NCBI GenBank assembly: GCA_964526245.1
Contig: CAZGLZ010000006.1
Coordinates: 2,215-66,214, forward strand
DNA from: an uncultured Chloracidobacterium sp.
GTDB lineage: Bacteria; Acidobacteriota; Blastocatellia; Pyrinomonadales; Pyrinomonadaceae
Length of the DNA: 64,000 bases
Direction: 5' to 3'
Shown: one piece after another, positions 10,801 through 17,821 of the stretch
Position numbering within the stretch: position 1 is the first letter of the stretch
How the letters are laid out: the number at the start of each line of letters is the position of its first letter
Position numbers and translations under genes: made by a program
The notes under the pieces: generated by a model
What the model saw: the letters and a program-made list of their open reading frames with translations, nothing else
The model's database searches: none
What the model was told of the DNA's origin: nothing

Positions 10801-11707
10801 AGAACGAGCTCAGACGTATTCAGAGCCCTTCAGAATTGTGGAAGAGAAGGTTCAACCGTTTCGAGCTACTCAAAATAGAGCGCGAAATCGGGACGTTTGG
10901 TGGGTCTACGCAGAGCATCGACCTGGATTGAATCGTGGGATTGCTCGTTTGCCATTTTGCTTCGCGGTCGGGCGCGTGACAAAACATCTGACCTTCTCGC
11001 GGGTGGCGACAAATTATGTTTTTTTGAACAACCTGTACATATTCACGACCTCACGATGGGACCTTTTTACTGTCGTCCAGAGTGCGATCCACGAAGTGTG
11101 GGCTCGGAATTATAGCATGACGTTGAAGCAGGATTTGCAGTATTCGCCATCGGACTGCTTCGAAACGTTCGCCTTTCCTGACGATCTTTGGAACGAAGAA
11201 AATGCCAAACTCGCTGAGATCGGCGAGCGTTATCACGAACACCGCAAACAGCTAATGCTGATGCTCTGGCTCGGCCTGACAAAGCTCTACAACCTTTTCC
11301 ATGATACGGAGCTATCCGTCGAAATGGTCGCCGATGTTAGCGGCAAAGACGAGGACATCGCCCGCGAAGGCTACGCTGTGCTCGTAGAACTCCGCCGCCT
11401 CCACGTCGAAATGGACAATGCCGTCCGCGACGCCTACGGCTGGCAGGACCTCGACCTCGGCCACGGCTTCCACCAGGTCGAAACCCTCCCCGAAAACGAC
11501 CGCACCCGCTACACCATCAGCCCCACCGCCCGCAAAGAAGTCCTAAAGCGTCTCCTCGCCCTAAACCACACCCGCGCCGCCGAGGAAGCAGCTCATGCCG
11601 CCGCCGCAAAACCGTTCAAAAAGAAAGGTGGCAAGAAATCGAAATCAGACCCGGCAACAGACGGCGACAACCCGCTTTTAGCGGCGGGACCGTTGTTTGA
11701 ACAATGA
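7820..11707 (+). CDS. Large gamma-class N6-adenine DNA methyltransferase (Eco57I/PglX/DrmMI-like), 1295 aa
   Basis: SAM-binding motif VADIACGSGHILL (nt ~9389-9425) and catalytic ILGNPPYLG (nt ~10181-10205). Start overlaps the SNF2 stop (ATGA). Confidence 0.85.
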   Translation: MNYPSIRIEGAILSPDILEHLVDGAKGQGPKDFGFESGTKVKDEIARAWADAQDYWRIFQRKLATVKEGTAATTETRQNWIIPLLGLLKYEVEFQKAGTEIHGRNYAISHRITNRANTPLHIVGYNDQAGLDRKSAASRMSAHALVQQYLNLSDELYGIVTNGRVVRLLRDSSRLVKQSYLEFDLDRIFTDGLFADFAILFRLLHATRLPLKAEEAAESLIEKYHQDSLDSGARIRDGLSEAVKEAILNFANGFLSNPANTRLCEAIEVGILTPDDYYRNLLRLIYRLLFLMVIEERDLVFPSDSENRERLQHFRRIYRDYYSVGRLRQLAEKRYLADKRHHDLWMALVSTFKLFEADGPGEKLGIKPLAGDLFGPRAIEEIFDARLGNDVLLGCLRSLGLYEHPDTRQMIRVNYGALNVEEFGSVYEGLLEYEPVFDLSGSTPRFGFVEGDERSRTGSHYTPDELVQPLIKHSLDYLIEDCVRSPHVSKGSSDSSPPYERGVDAEGGRGGSPTTAEQRLLDLRVADIACGSGHILLAAARRIATELATVRTGEEQPSPTAYRQALRDVIRNCIYGVDVNPLAVELCKVALWLEAHNPGEPLNFLDHHIKCGNAIVGFVSKEEVDRGVPEEAFARMPDDHADFIKVVRKKNKDERRERQRVLNFTDERRGEIANVLERWRVITAMPERSPAEIDVKKAAFENFSTQGAAYELEKLASVPVAQFFIPKVPENSSKLMTDAEFRDYWSGERRPQSQSFAAAEAVASEKRFFHWFLEFPGVMERGGFDCILGNPPYLGSQALSGNFGYPFCHFLKYEYAPAGLSDLIVYFLRRIFCLLRPSGFTAFITTNSIKDGDNRRDGLDQVLSTGGTINMAVRAIRWPGRANVVVSQLAIHKGDWIGPRLLDNREVETINAYFEDNLPEPDPVPLHPNKNRVFQGVIFLGEGFLLSTEDADALLRLDPRNHEVIYPVINNKEMNGSPDQSSTRKIINFHNWPIERAQTYSEPFRIVEEKVQPFRATQNRARNRDVWWVYAEHRPGLNRGIARLPFCFAVGRVTKHLTFSRVATNYVFLNNLYIFTTSRWDLFTVVQSAIHEVWARNYSMTLKQDLQYSPSDCFETFAFPDDLWNEENAKLAEIGERYHEHRKQLMLMLWLGLTKLYNLFHDTELSVEMVADVSGKDEDIAREGYAVLVELRRLHVEMDNAVRDAYGWQDLDLGHGFHQVETLPENDRTRYTISPTARKEVLKRLLALNHTRAAEEAAHAAAAKPFKKKGGKKSKSDPATDGDNPLLAAGPLFEQ
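9275..9365. repeat. Short palindrome-rich REP/MITE-like segment lying in frame inside the methylase ORF
   Basis: Hairpin cccctc(9306-9311)/gagggg(9321-9326) and gtgg(9348-9351)/ccac(9357-9360). The +1 frame reads PLLTKEGWTPKADGVVLP. The methylase frame reads SSPPYERGVDAEGGRGGSPTT, just upstream of motif I. Confidence 0.35.
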
Positions 11708-11717
11708 GATTAGTATG
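11468..11717 (+). repeat. Direct repeat copy A: functional 3' end of the methylase plus spacer up to the next ATG
   Basis: Shares the identical 21-mer gaaaacgaccgcacccgctac (11492-11512) with 14873-14893. Flanking similarity runs through gccctaaaccac and the GPLF-encoding tail. Confidence 0.75.
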
Positions 11718-12416
11718 AAGATAGCTGCGATTAATCACGAAACTTGGTACAAGGAACACATAAGCGTTTTCGAGGTGCCAATACTTGAATCCTACATCGA
11801 CTCTGTTGAAAAACAGGTTCAAATTGGATTTGACACATGGAAGGACAGATTGAAATCCTCAGGGCACTTTGGCGATCCTGATACGGAATATTATCAGGAG
11901 ATCAGTGCCGTTGACGGTCTTGATGATTCAACCTTTCATCTTCCCTCCATATTCGATGAGTACTTTCCTCAGCTTCAACGACAGAGTGCCCTGATCGTCC
12001 TTTATTCTTTTCTAGAACGTGAGCTACTACATCTATGCGAGCTTTGTCGTAAATCAAACAACGCTCCGCTCAAAGCAAAAGACCTTTGTAGGGACGGTAG
12101 CGACATTGCCCGCTGCCAGATGTATCTCGAAAAAGTGATAGGTTTAGGAGTTACAAGAGACGATGCAAAATGGCAGGAAATCGACCACGGAATACGAATC
12201 GTCCGCAATCAAATAGTTCACCACGAAGGCAAAGTGCCGGATACCAACTCCAGAGACTTTAACAAGCTTGAAAACCACGTTAAGCAGCAAAACAATTCGG
12301 TTTCAATAGACAAAATATCTTCATCTATCGTTCTCAACAATGGCTACCTTAAATACACACTCGATACGTTCAACGAGTTCTTTAAGACTTTGGATGATGC
12401 CTTGTCAAACCCTTGA
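11715..12416 (+). CDS. HEPN-domain protein (Rx4H), hypothetical RNase
   Basis: IRIVRNQIVHHEG with RNQIVH at nt 12204-12221. Predicted all-helical protein. ATG at 11715 is the point where homology to repeat copy B ends. The ORF track start at 11697 is TTG. Confidence 0.55.
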   Translation: MKIAAINHETWYKEHISVFEVPILESYIDSVEKQVQIGFDTWKDRLKSSGHFGDPDTEYYQEISAVDGLDDSTFHLPSIFDEYFPQLQRQSALIVLYSFLERELLHLCELCRKSNNAPLKAKDLCRDGSDIARCQMYLEKVIGLGVTRDDAKWQEIDHGIRIVRNQIVHHEGKVPDTNSRDFNKLENHVKQQNNSVSIDKISSSIVLNNGYLKYTLDTFNEFFKTLDDALSNP

Positions 12417-12418
12417 AA

Positions 12419-12455
12419 AACGTCGCAACGCTTTAGGTTTGCGGCGTTATTCTTC
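12419..12455 (+). terminator. Hairpin after the HEPN gene, possible intrinsic terminator
   Basis: aacgtcgcaa (12419-12428) pairs with ttgcggcgtt (12439-12448) with one G-U pair, followed by attcttcc. Confidence 0.4.
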
Positions 12456-12599
12456 CTTGAGTTCAGGTCAGCACCGTGCGGACCGCGAAGGCCACAAACG
12501 GAGGGCACTTTGATCAGGGTCGGGCAAACATGGGGCCGTCGTTTTAGGTAATTATACGGTGCCGAAGGATAACATGCTTAAGTAGGAGGGAGTTCAACT

Positions 12600-12935
12600 G
12601 TGGAACAGATTCATAATGATGACAATCGTAAATTGACGTCATCCGAAGAAAAGCTCGCTGGGATTGCGGATCGAGGCGAAGGAGAACGACGGGACGAATG
12701 GCACCTTGATCCACCGGACTCCTGCGACTATTGTCACCGAAGCCTCTCAAATTCGATCTTCTTCGTCGATGGTAAGGTGAAGGGCAGTTTTCAGTGGGGA
12801 AATATGTGTGCAGAATGTTTCTTTACCTACGGCGACGCGATTCGGTGGGGAGCGGGCCAACTCTACCAACAGGTCGGGTCGAATGAGTGGCTAATGGTCG
12901 GTGGCTTCCCGACGGACGAGCCGGAACCGTTTTAA
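12600..12935 (+). CDS. Small Cys4 (zinc-ribbon-like) protein, hypothetical
   Basis: GTG start preceded by a strong SD taggaggga (12581-12589). CDYC...(about 30 aa)...CAEC pattern. Confidence 0.5.
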   Translation: MEQIHNDDNRKLTSSEEKLAGIADRGEGERRDEWHLDPPDSCDYCHRSLSNSIFFVDGKVKGSFQWGNMCAECFFTYGDAIRWGAGQLYQQVGSNEWLMVGGFPTDEPEPF

Positions 12936-12985
12936 CCCATATAGATCCTCGCCCGGAAGCCCGAGAGATTTTCATTAACTACTCT

Positions 12986-14539
12986 ATGTCTGAACCTGTA
13001 ATTGACCCAATTGATTTTCCACAGTCTGAACTTGTTATCGGGCTCGTCGCCCCAGTTGGTACCGACACGCGGTTTATTGTCGATACGATTTCCCAGCGTC
13101 TCGATCGATTCAATTACACGCGTGAACCTTTGAAGTTAAGCGAGTATCTGAAGACCCTAGACTTGGGTGTTCAGATCGATGAAAATACAGCTTTCCGACG
13201 CGTCGTCACGCTCATGGATGCCGGCGACGCATTGCGAAAAAAAGTTGGCGGCGGAGGTGAGAATATTGACGGTTCGGGGGACGCTCTTGCTCGAATTGCC
13301 GTTTCTGAGATTCACAAACGGAGGCCAATCGATACAGCGTCAAACGAAAAGAACGAATCACGCATCGCAAGACCCAAAACAGCTTATATTCTTGACTCGC
13401 TTAAGCATCCAGACGAAATTGTTTTGTTGCGACGAATTTATGGAGATGGGTTCCTCTTGATTAGTATCTCTTCCTCTCGACAGACCAGGAAAGAGAATTT
13501 GGAAAGACGCGGTATGTCAGGTGACGAAGCCGATACCTTAATCAGCCGTGATGAGAATGAGAGCGACCCTTTGGGACAGAAAACTCGAGACGCATTTCAC
13601 TTAGCTGACGCATTTATCGACGCCAATAATCTTGAAACTAGTCGTTCGCAGATTGAGAGAATACTCGACATTCTGTTCGGTGCTCGGTATAAAACGCCAA
13701 CGTTTGCGGAATACGCAATGTTCCTTGCTTTTGCATCAGCCTTTCGATCAGCAGATCTTTCAAGGCAGGTTGGCGCGGCAATTGCATCCAAAACAAATGA
13801 AATTCTTGCGGTCGGTTGTAATGACGTCCCTCGGTTCGGAGGAGGCTTATACTCTAGTGACGACGCCGAAGATCACCGGGACCATAAGCTCGGCGTTGAC
13901 CCGAATGTTCAGAAGCGGAACGAGATCTTCAGCAACATCGCGCAAATGCTGAAGGATAAATATCCAATGGCAGTTGACGGAAAGTCTGTGGAGGAGTTGA
14001 CGCAGGCGGTGAAAAGGGATTTGAAGGCAAGCGTTTTGTCGAGTCTTACTGAGTTTGGACGAACGGTTCATGCCGAAATGGATGCGATTGTAAGTTGTGC
14101 TAGGAGCGGAATCAGTGTTCGCGGGGGTACGCTATATACAACAACATTTCCGTGCCATAATTGTGCCCGTCATATCATTGCTGCTGGTATCGATACTGTT
14201 GTCTACGTTGAACCGTATCCTAAGAGCCAGGCTGGAGAATTGCATGAGGATTCGATAGACTTGGAAACGCAGTCTGCGAATAAGGTAACTTTTAAGCCAT
14301 TTGTTGGAATCGGATCTCGGCGCTTCATGGACTTGTTTTCGATGGGAATGAGTTCAGGCTATCCAATTGAAAGAAAGTCCAACGAATCCGGTGAAAAATT
14401 AGATTGGACGCCTGAGGCCGGTCGCCTAAGGGTTCCAATGTTACCCACGTCATATATCGAACGCGAACGCCTATCAATACAGAAACTGGACAAACTTGAG
14501 GAGGAAAGTGATGTCGATAAAGAAACGGAAGGACACTGA
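12986..14539 (+). CDS. AvcD/DcdV-like anti-phage deoxycytidylate/dCTP deaminase (N-terminal P-loop-kinase-like domain plus C-terminal CMP/dCMP zinc deaminase)
   Basis: Deaminase zinc motifs HAEMDAI (nt ~14069) and PCHNCARHI (nt ~14150). N-terminal LVIGLVAPVGTD glycine-rich loop. Size ~517 aa from ATG 12986; an alternative GTG at 12887 gives 550 aa. Confidence 0.7.
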   Translation: MSEPVIDPIDFPQSELVIGLVAPVGTDTRFIVDTISQRLDRFNYTREPLKLSEYLKTLDLGVQIDENTAFRRVVTLMDAGDALRKKVGGGGENIDGSGDALARIAVSEIHKRRPIDTASNEKNESRIARPKTAYILDSLKHPDEIVLLRRIYGDGFLLISISSSRQTRKENLERRGMSGDEADTLISRDENESDPLGQKTRDAFHLADAFIDANNLETSRSQIERILDILFGARYKTPTFAEYAMFLAFASAFRSADLSRQVGAAIASKTNEILAVGCNDVPRFGGGLYSSDDAEDHRDHKLGVDPNVQKRNEIFSNIAQMLKDKYPMAVDGKSVEELTQAVKRDLKASVLSSLTEFGRTVHAEMDAIVSCARSGISVRGGTLYTTTFPCHNCARHIIAAGIDTVVYVEPYPKSQAGELHEDSIDLETQSANKVTFKPFVGIGSRRFMDLFSMGMSSGYPIERKSNESGEKLDWTPEAGRLRVPMLPTSYIERERLSIQKLDKLEEESDVDKETEGH

Positions 14540-14717
14540 GGAGAACCGTGCTTTTTGGGCATTTGTTGAAGAGACTTCAAGAAGTGTTGAGGAACATTTT
14601 CCCGCTTGGAAACGAGGCGATGGGTTTCAGGAGCCTTCCGAAGGTATAAATGGCAACAGCTCACAAATTCTTTCTTCGGCAAATAAAGATCCTCAGACGG
14701 GCATGAAATGTGATTAG
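14511..14717 (+). CDS. Small hypothetical protein (68 aa) overlapping the deaminase 3' end
   Basis: ATG 14511 preceded by gaggagg (14498-14504). Overlaps the last 29 nt of the deaminase ORF. Confidence 0.35.
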   Translation: MSIKKRKDTEENRAFWAFVEETSRSVEEHFPAWKRGDGFQEPSEGINGNSSQILSSANKDPQTGMKCD

Positions 14718-14779
14718 TTCGTATTGGGTTTTAACCATTTAAGATTGTGATGTACTCTCTCCGATCGTCGAATCTTTGT

Positions 14780-15101
14780 CGCTGGTTTAACTTATTCCAA
14801 TCTCAAGATCTGCGACGCTGTTGGATCGGCCCGAGCCTTTGCTTTTGTTTCCAGGAGGCTCAAGCCCTCCGTGAAAACGACCGCACCCGCTACTCCATCA
14901 GCTCCAATGTCCCCCCAAAAGTCCTAAAACACCTCCCAGCCCTAAACCACCGACGCGCCGCCGAAGAAGCCGCCACCGGCAAAACCAAGAAGCCAAAAGC
15001 CAAGAAATCAAAAACAAAGAGCCAAACCCCGAAACCAGGCACCGACGACGACCCGCCCCCCCCCTCCTAGCCTCCGGTCCTTTGTTTAAGCATGATGAAT
15101 A
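14780..15101 (+). pseudogene. Decayed 3' remnant of a second DrmMI-like methylase (direct repeat copy B)
   Basis: Reads FQEAQALRENDRTRYSIS..VLKHLPALNHRRAAEEAA against FHQVETLPENDRTRYTIS..VLKRLLALNHTRAAEEAA in the intact gene. Upstream CDAVGS and the tail SGPLFKHDE* lie in other frames, indicating frameshifts. There is no upstream ORF body. Confidence 0.7.
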
Positions 15102-15103
15102 GT

Positions 15104-15739
15104 ATGTGGTGTAACAATTTGAGACAAAGCAATTTGAGCGTTGCGAACTATAACAACCTCCATCCCGAAGGACAGAGGTTAATTCGCAGTTGGTTTGACC
15201 GCTCCTGGCAATCGTACGAAGGGAATGACGATGCTTTCGAAGCATTCATTTTTTTGTGGATTTCGTTCAATGGTTGGGCGACGTGTATTACCGGTCTATT
15301 TCGAGACGCAAGTATTATCGATTCTGTCGCTAACAACCAGGTAATTGCGACTGAGTTCATCCGGTTAGTCCGCAACGACCGTGAGTTCGCTGAAAACGTC
15401 AGAGAACTTTGCGACATGCTGCCGATTTTTGATCCGCGAAGACTGCCGAATAGAAACTGGGGATTGTTTTCGCCTGATCAAGAAGGTCGCCGGCGGCAAA
15501 TACAACAATATCTGCAAACTGGGACGAAATCTTTTAACCCCCCGTGCTGGAAAGATCACGTAGACGCCGGTGGTCGAATGCCCACGGATTGGCCGCATGT
15601 CTTAAAGGCGATCTACCAGATCCGCTGTAACCTCTTCCACGGGCAGAAAACCGCTTTTCAAGAACTTGATAGGAGACTGGTCGATCTCGCCTTCAAGATT
15701 CTTCACCGGTTCGTGTCCGACGGTGGCTACCTTAACTAA
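15104..15739 (+). CDS. Second, unrelated HEPN-like protein (Rx4H)
   Basis: IYQIRCNLFHGQK with RCNLFH at nt 15623-15640. Occupies the same position relative to the methylase tail remnant as the first HEPN gene. Confidence 0.5.
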   Translation: MWCNNLRQSNLSVANYNNLHPEGQRLIRSWFDRSWQSYEGNDDAFEAFIFLWISFNGWATCITGLFRDASIIDSVANNQVIATEFIRLVRNDREFAENVRELCDMLPIFDPRRLPNRNWGLFSPDQEGRRRQIQQYLQTGTKSFNPPCWKDHVDAGGRMPTDWPHVLKAIYQIRCNLFHGQKTAFQELDRRLVDLAFKILHRFVSDGGYLN

Positions 15740-15811
15740 AGGATAACCGATACTGAGGCATGGCAAACTCGTCGAATCAGCAAAGCTTTGTCGGTGATAT
15801 GAAGAACTTTC

Positions 15812-17821
15812 ATGATTGAAATTGGTGACATACTGAACGGGATTCGCGAAGAGATTCGTGCAACGCCGGACTATGTCGCGTTTACGATAAAACGGAGTAT
15901 CCGCGAGGGCTCAATCTGGAAGATCATTCTGTCCTCGGATGAAAAGAGCCTAAATGAACTAGATGAAGCACTGGAAGGGGCACTCGTCTGGTGGCCAGGC
16001 AATCCGCCCGGAACGGCCGAGGTCCTTTCGGTAGTTTCGGAAGAGTCGCAACTGAACCTCCGATTTGCGACCCAAACGCCCCCTGAGAACGGAAAGATTC
16101 TCCGCGTTTACCTACCGCAGTATCTAAATAAGCTCGAAGAACTTTGGTCGGATGACATTTGGGCAAATCGGTGCTCCGAATGGCTTAAACGGGTAAGGGC
16201 CACGAACGCGAAAGATGACGTTATTTCCCTGAAGACCTCCAGCTTTCGGTGGCTCCGAGCGTGTCAGAAGAGGGCGTTTGCCCTTCCTGCTTTCAAGGTG
16301 AGTTTCCTGCATGGCCCCCCAGGCACGGGAAAGACGCGAACACTTGGGGCGTTGGTGGCTCAGTTTCTAAGTACGTTCCAAAACGCGCGTGTTCTTTTGC
16401 TTTCGACGACGAATGTCGCAGTCGATGAAGCGATCACTGCTGTCGATTCGGCGTTGCTCGAAGCGCCCGCGTTGAATGGCGGCCCGCGAATTCGGATGAA
16501 CGAGTGCAAGCGGATTGGGAACCAATTTGTTGCTACAAAATACAAGGGACGCCAACACTTGCTTCCAAAGCAGGAACCCGAAATCCTCGAGCAACTAATC
16601 CTCTTAGAGGCCTCACGGCCACGCGAAGAAGATGTCCAAGCCTACGCCACTTGGAAGGAAAGGACCGAAACTTTACGCGCTCAAATGCGTTCCAAGGCAA
16701 TCAACACATTCAGGCATTCGCGGCTTATCGCGATGACGACAACGCTTGCGGTTTATAGCTTCGATGACCTTCGCGAGCACTACCCGGCTGATCTGATCGT
16801 ATTCGATGAATCGAGCCAAGTTGGGCTTGCCCACGCTCTGGCACTTGCCCCGCTCGGAAAGCGGGCTCTTTTTACAGGGGATCCCAATCAGCTTGCCCCG
16901 ATATGTCGGTCGAAGGTGCAGGATTCTGCGGAGTGGCTTGGTCAATCCATGTTCTCCCTCCAAAATGACTTTGAGGAGGCAACGTGTTTCCTTGACGAAC
17001 AGTCCCGAATGACAGAGCCGATCTGTCATGTTGTAAGCAAAACGTTTTATCAAGGAAGGCTAAAGGTGGCTTCGGGCTGCGACACGAAATGGAAACTAGC
17101 GCGGGACGTTTCGTCCTCGCATGCCGAGAAAAATGCCGTAAGCATCCACCGTGTCAAAAAAGAGGGCCAGTATTCTAAGAAGTACGGCGGCTATATAAGG
17201 TATGAATCGGCAGAGCTGATCTCCGCTCTTGTTGGTCGGCTATCAAGTGAACAAGATGCAGCCGATATTCTTGTCTTGACCCCATTTCGCGCTCAGCGTC
17301 GGTTGATAAAAACTTTCTTAAAGAATGGAACGATTAGGGGTGTCAGAGTCAGTACCGTGCACCGTGCCCAGGGAAGCGAATGTCACACGGTTATTTTTGA
17401 CCCCGTCTCAGGAAGCAATAATTTTCTAAATACTGAAGATGCACCTCGGCTAATTAACGTAGCACTGAGTCGAGCAAAGGCCAGACTTGTCGTATTCCTG
17501 TCACCTGACGACTTGGTGAACCCTACACTACAGAAGTTCAATGCGGTAGCTGCGATTCTACCCGGCATTATGCAGAATGACGGCTCGAGGGTGCCGAGAA
17601 TTCAGCAGCATCGCCATATTTCAAGAATACTCGACGAGAACTTTCCGCAGAACGCAATCAACAAAGAAATAACAATACCTTCGAAGAATGGCCTGATGTT
17701 TGGGCGAATTTTGGAGGTTTCCTCCGATGGCGAGAGCTTCAAAATGCAAGTGTACGAAACCGGGGAAGTTAAGAAATTTATCACAGAATTTGTTCGGAAA
17801 AATGCGAAAGGACGTATATAA
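15812..17821 (+). CDS. Superfamily 1 Upf1/DNA2-like helicase (AAA_11/AAA_12 type, COG1112-like)
   Basis: FLHGPPGTGKT, LLLSTTNVAVDE, LIVFDESSQ, FTGDPNQL, VSTVHRAQGSE, NVALSRAK. The first ~150 aa and last ~80 aa are unassigned. Confidence 0.85.
   Translation: MIEIGDILNGIREEIRATPDYVAFTIKRSIREGSIWKIILSSDEKSLNELDEALEGALVWWPGNPPGTAEVLSVVSEESQLNLRFATQTPPENGKILRVYLPQYLNKLEELWSDDIWANRCSEWLKRVRATNAKDDVISLKTSSFRWLRACQKRAFALPAFKVSFLHGPPGTGKTRTLGALVAQFLSTFQNARVLLLSTTNVAVDEAITAVDSALLEAPALNGGPRIRMNECKRIGNQFVATKYKGRQHLLPKQEPEILEQLILLEASRPREEDVQAYATWKERTETLRAQMRSKAINTFRHSRLIAMTTTLAVYSFDDLREHYPADLIVFDESSQVGLAHALALAPLGKRALFTGDPNQLAPICRSKVQDSAEWLGQSMFSLQNDFEEATCFLDEQSRMTEPICHVVSKTFYQGRLKVASGCDTKWKLARDVSSSHAEKNAVSIHRVKKEGQYSKKYGGYIRYESAELISALVGRLSSEQDAADILVLTPFRAQRRLIKTFLKNGTIRGVRVSTVHRAQGSECHTVIFDPVSGSNNFLNTEDAPRLINVALSRAKARLVVFLSPDDLVNPTLQKFNAVAAILPGIMQNDGSRVPRIQQHRHISRILDENFPQNAINKEITIPSKNGLMFGRILEVSSDGESFKMQVYETGEVKKFITEFVRKNAKGRI

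Noticed and set aside
7820-11707. BREX PglX assignment for the large methylase
   Set aside because: No PglZ, BrxC/PglY, BrxA/B or Lon-like BrxL is in the window. The neighbours, a DEAD/DUF1998 helicase and an SNF2 helicase, fit DISARM better.
14747-15070. 107-aa ORF from the track as a real gene
   Set aside because: Its only meaningful part duplicates the methylase C-terminal tail. The upstream part is a frameshifted continuation. It is reinterpreted as a pseudogene remnant.
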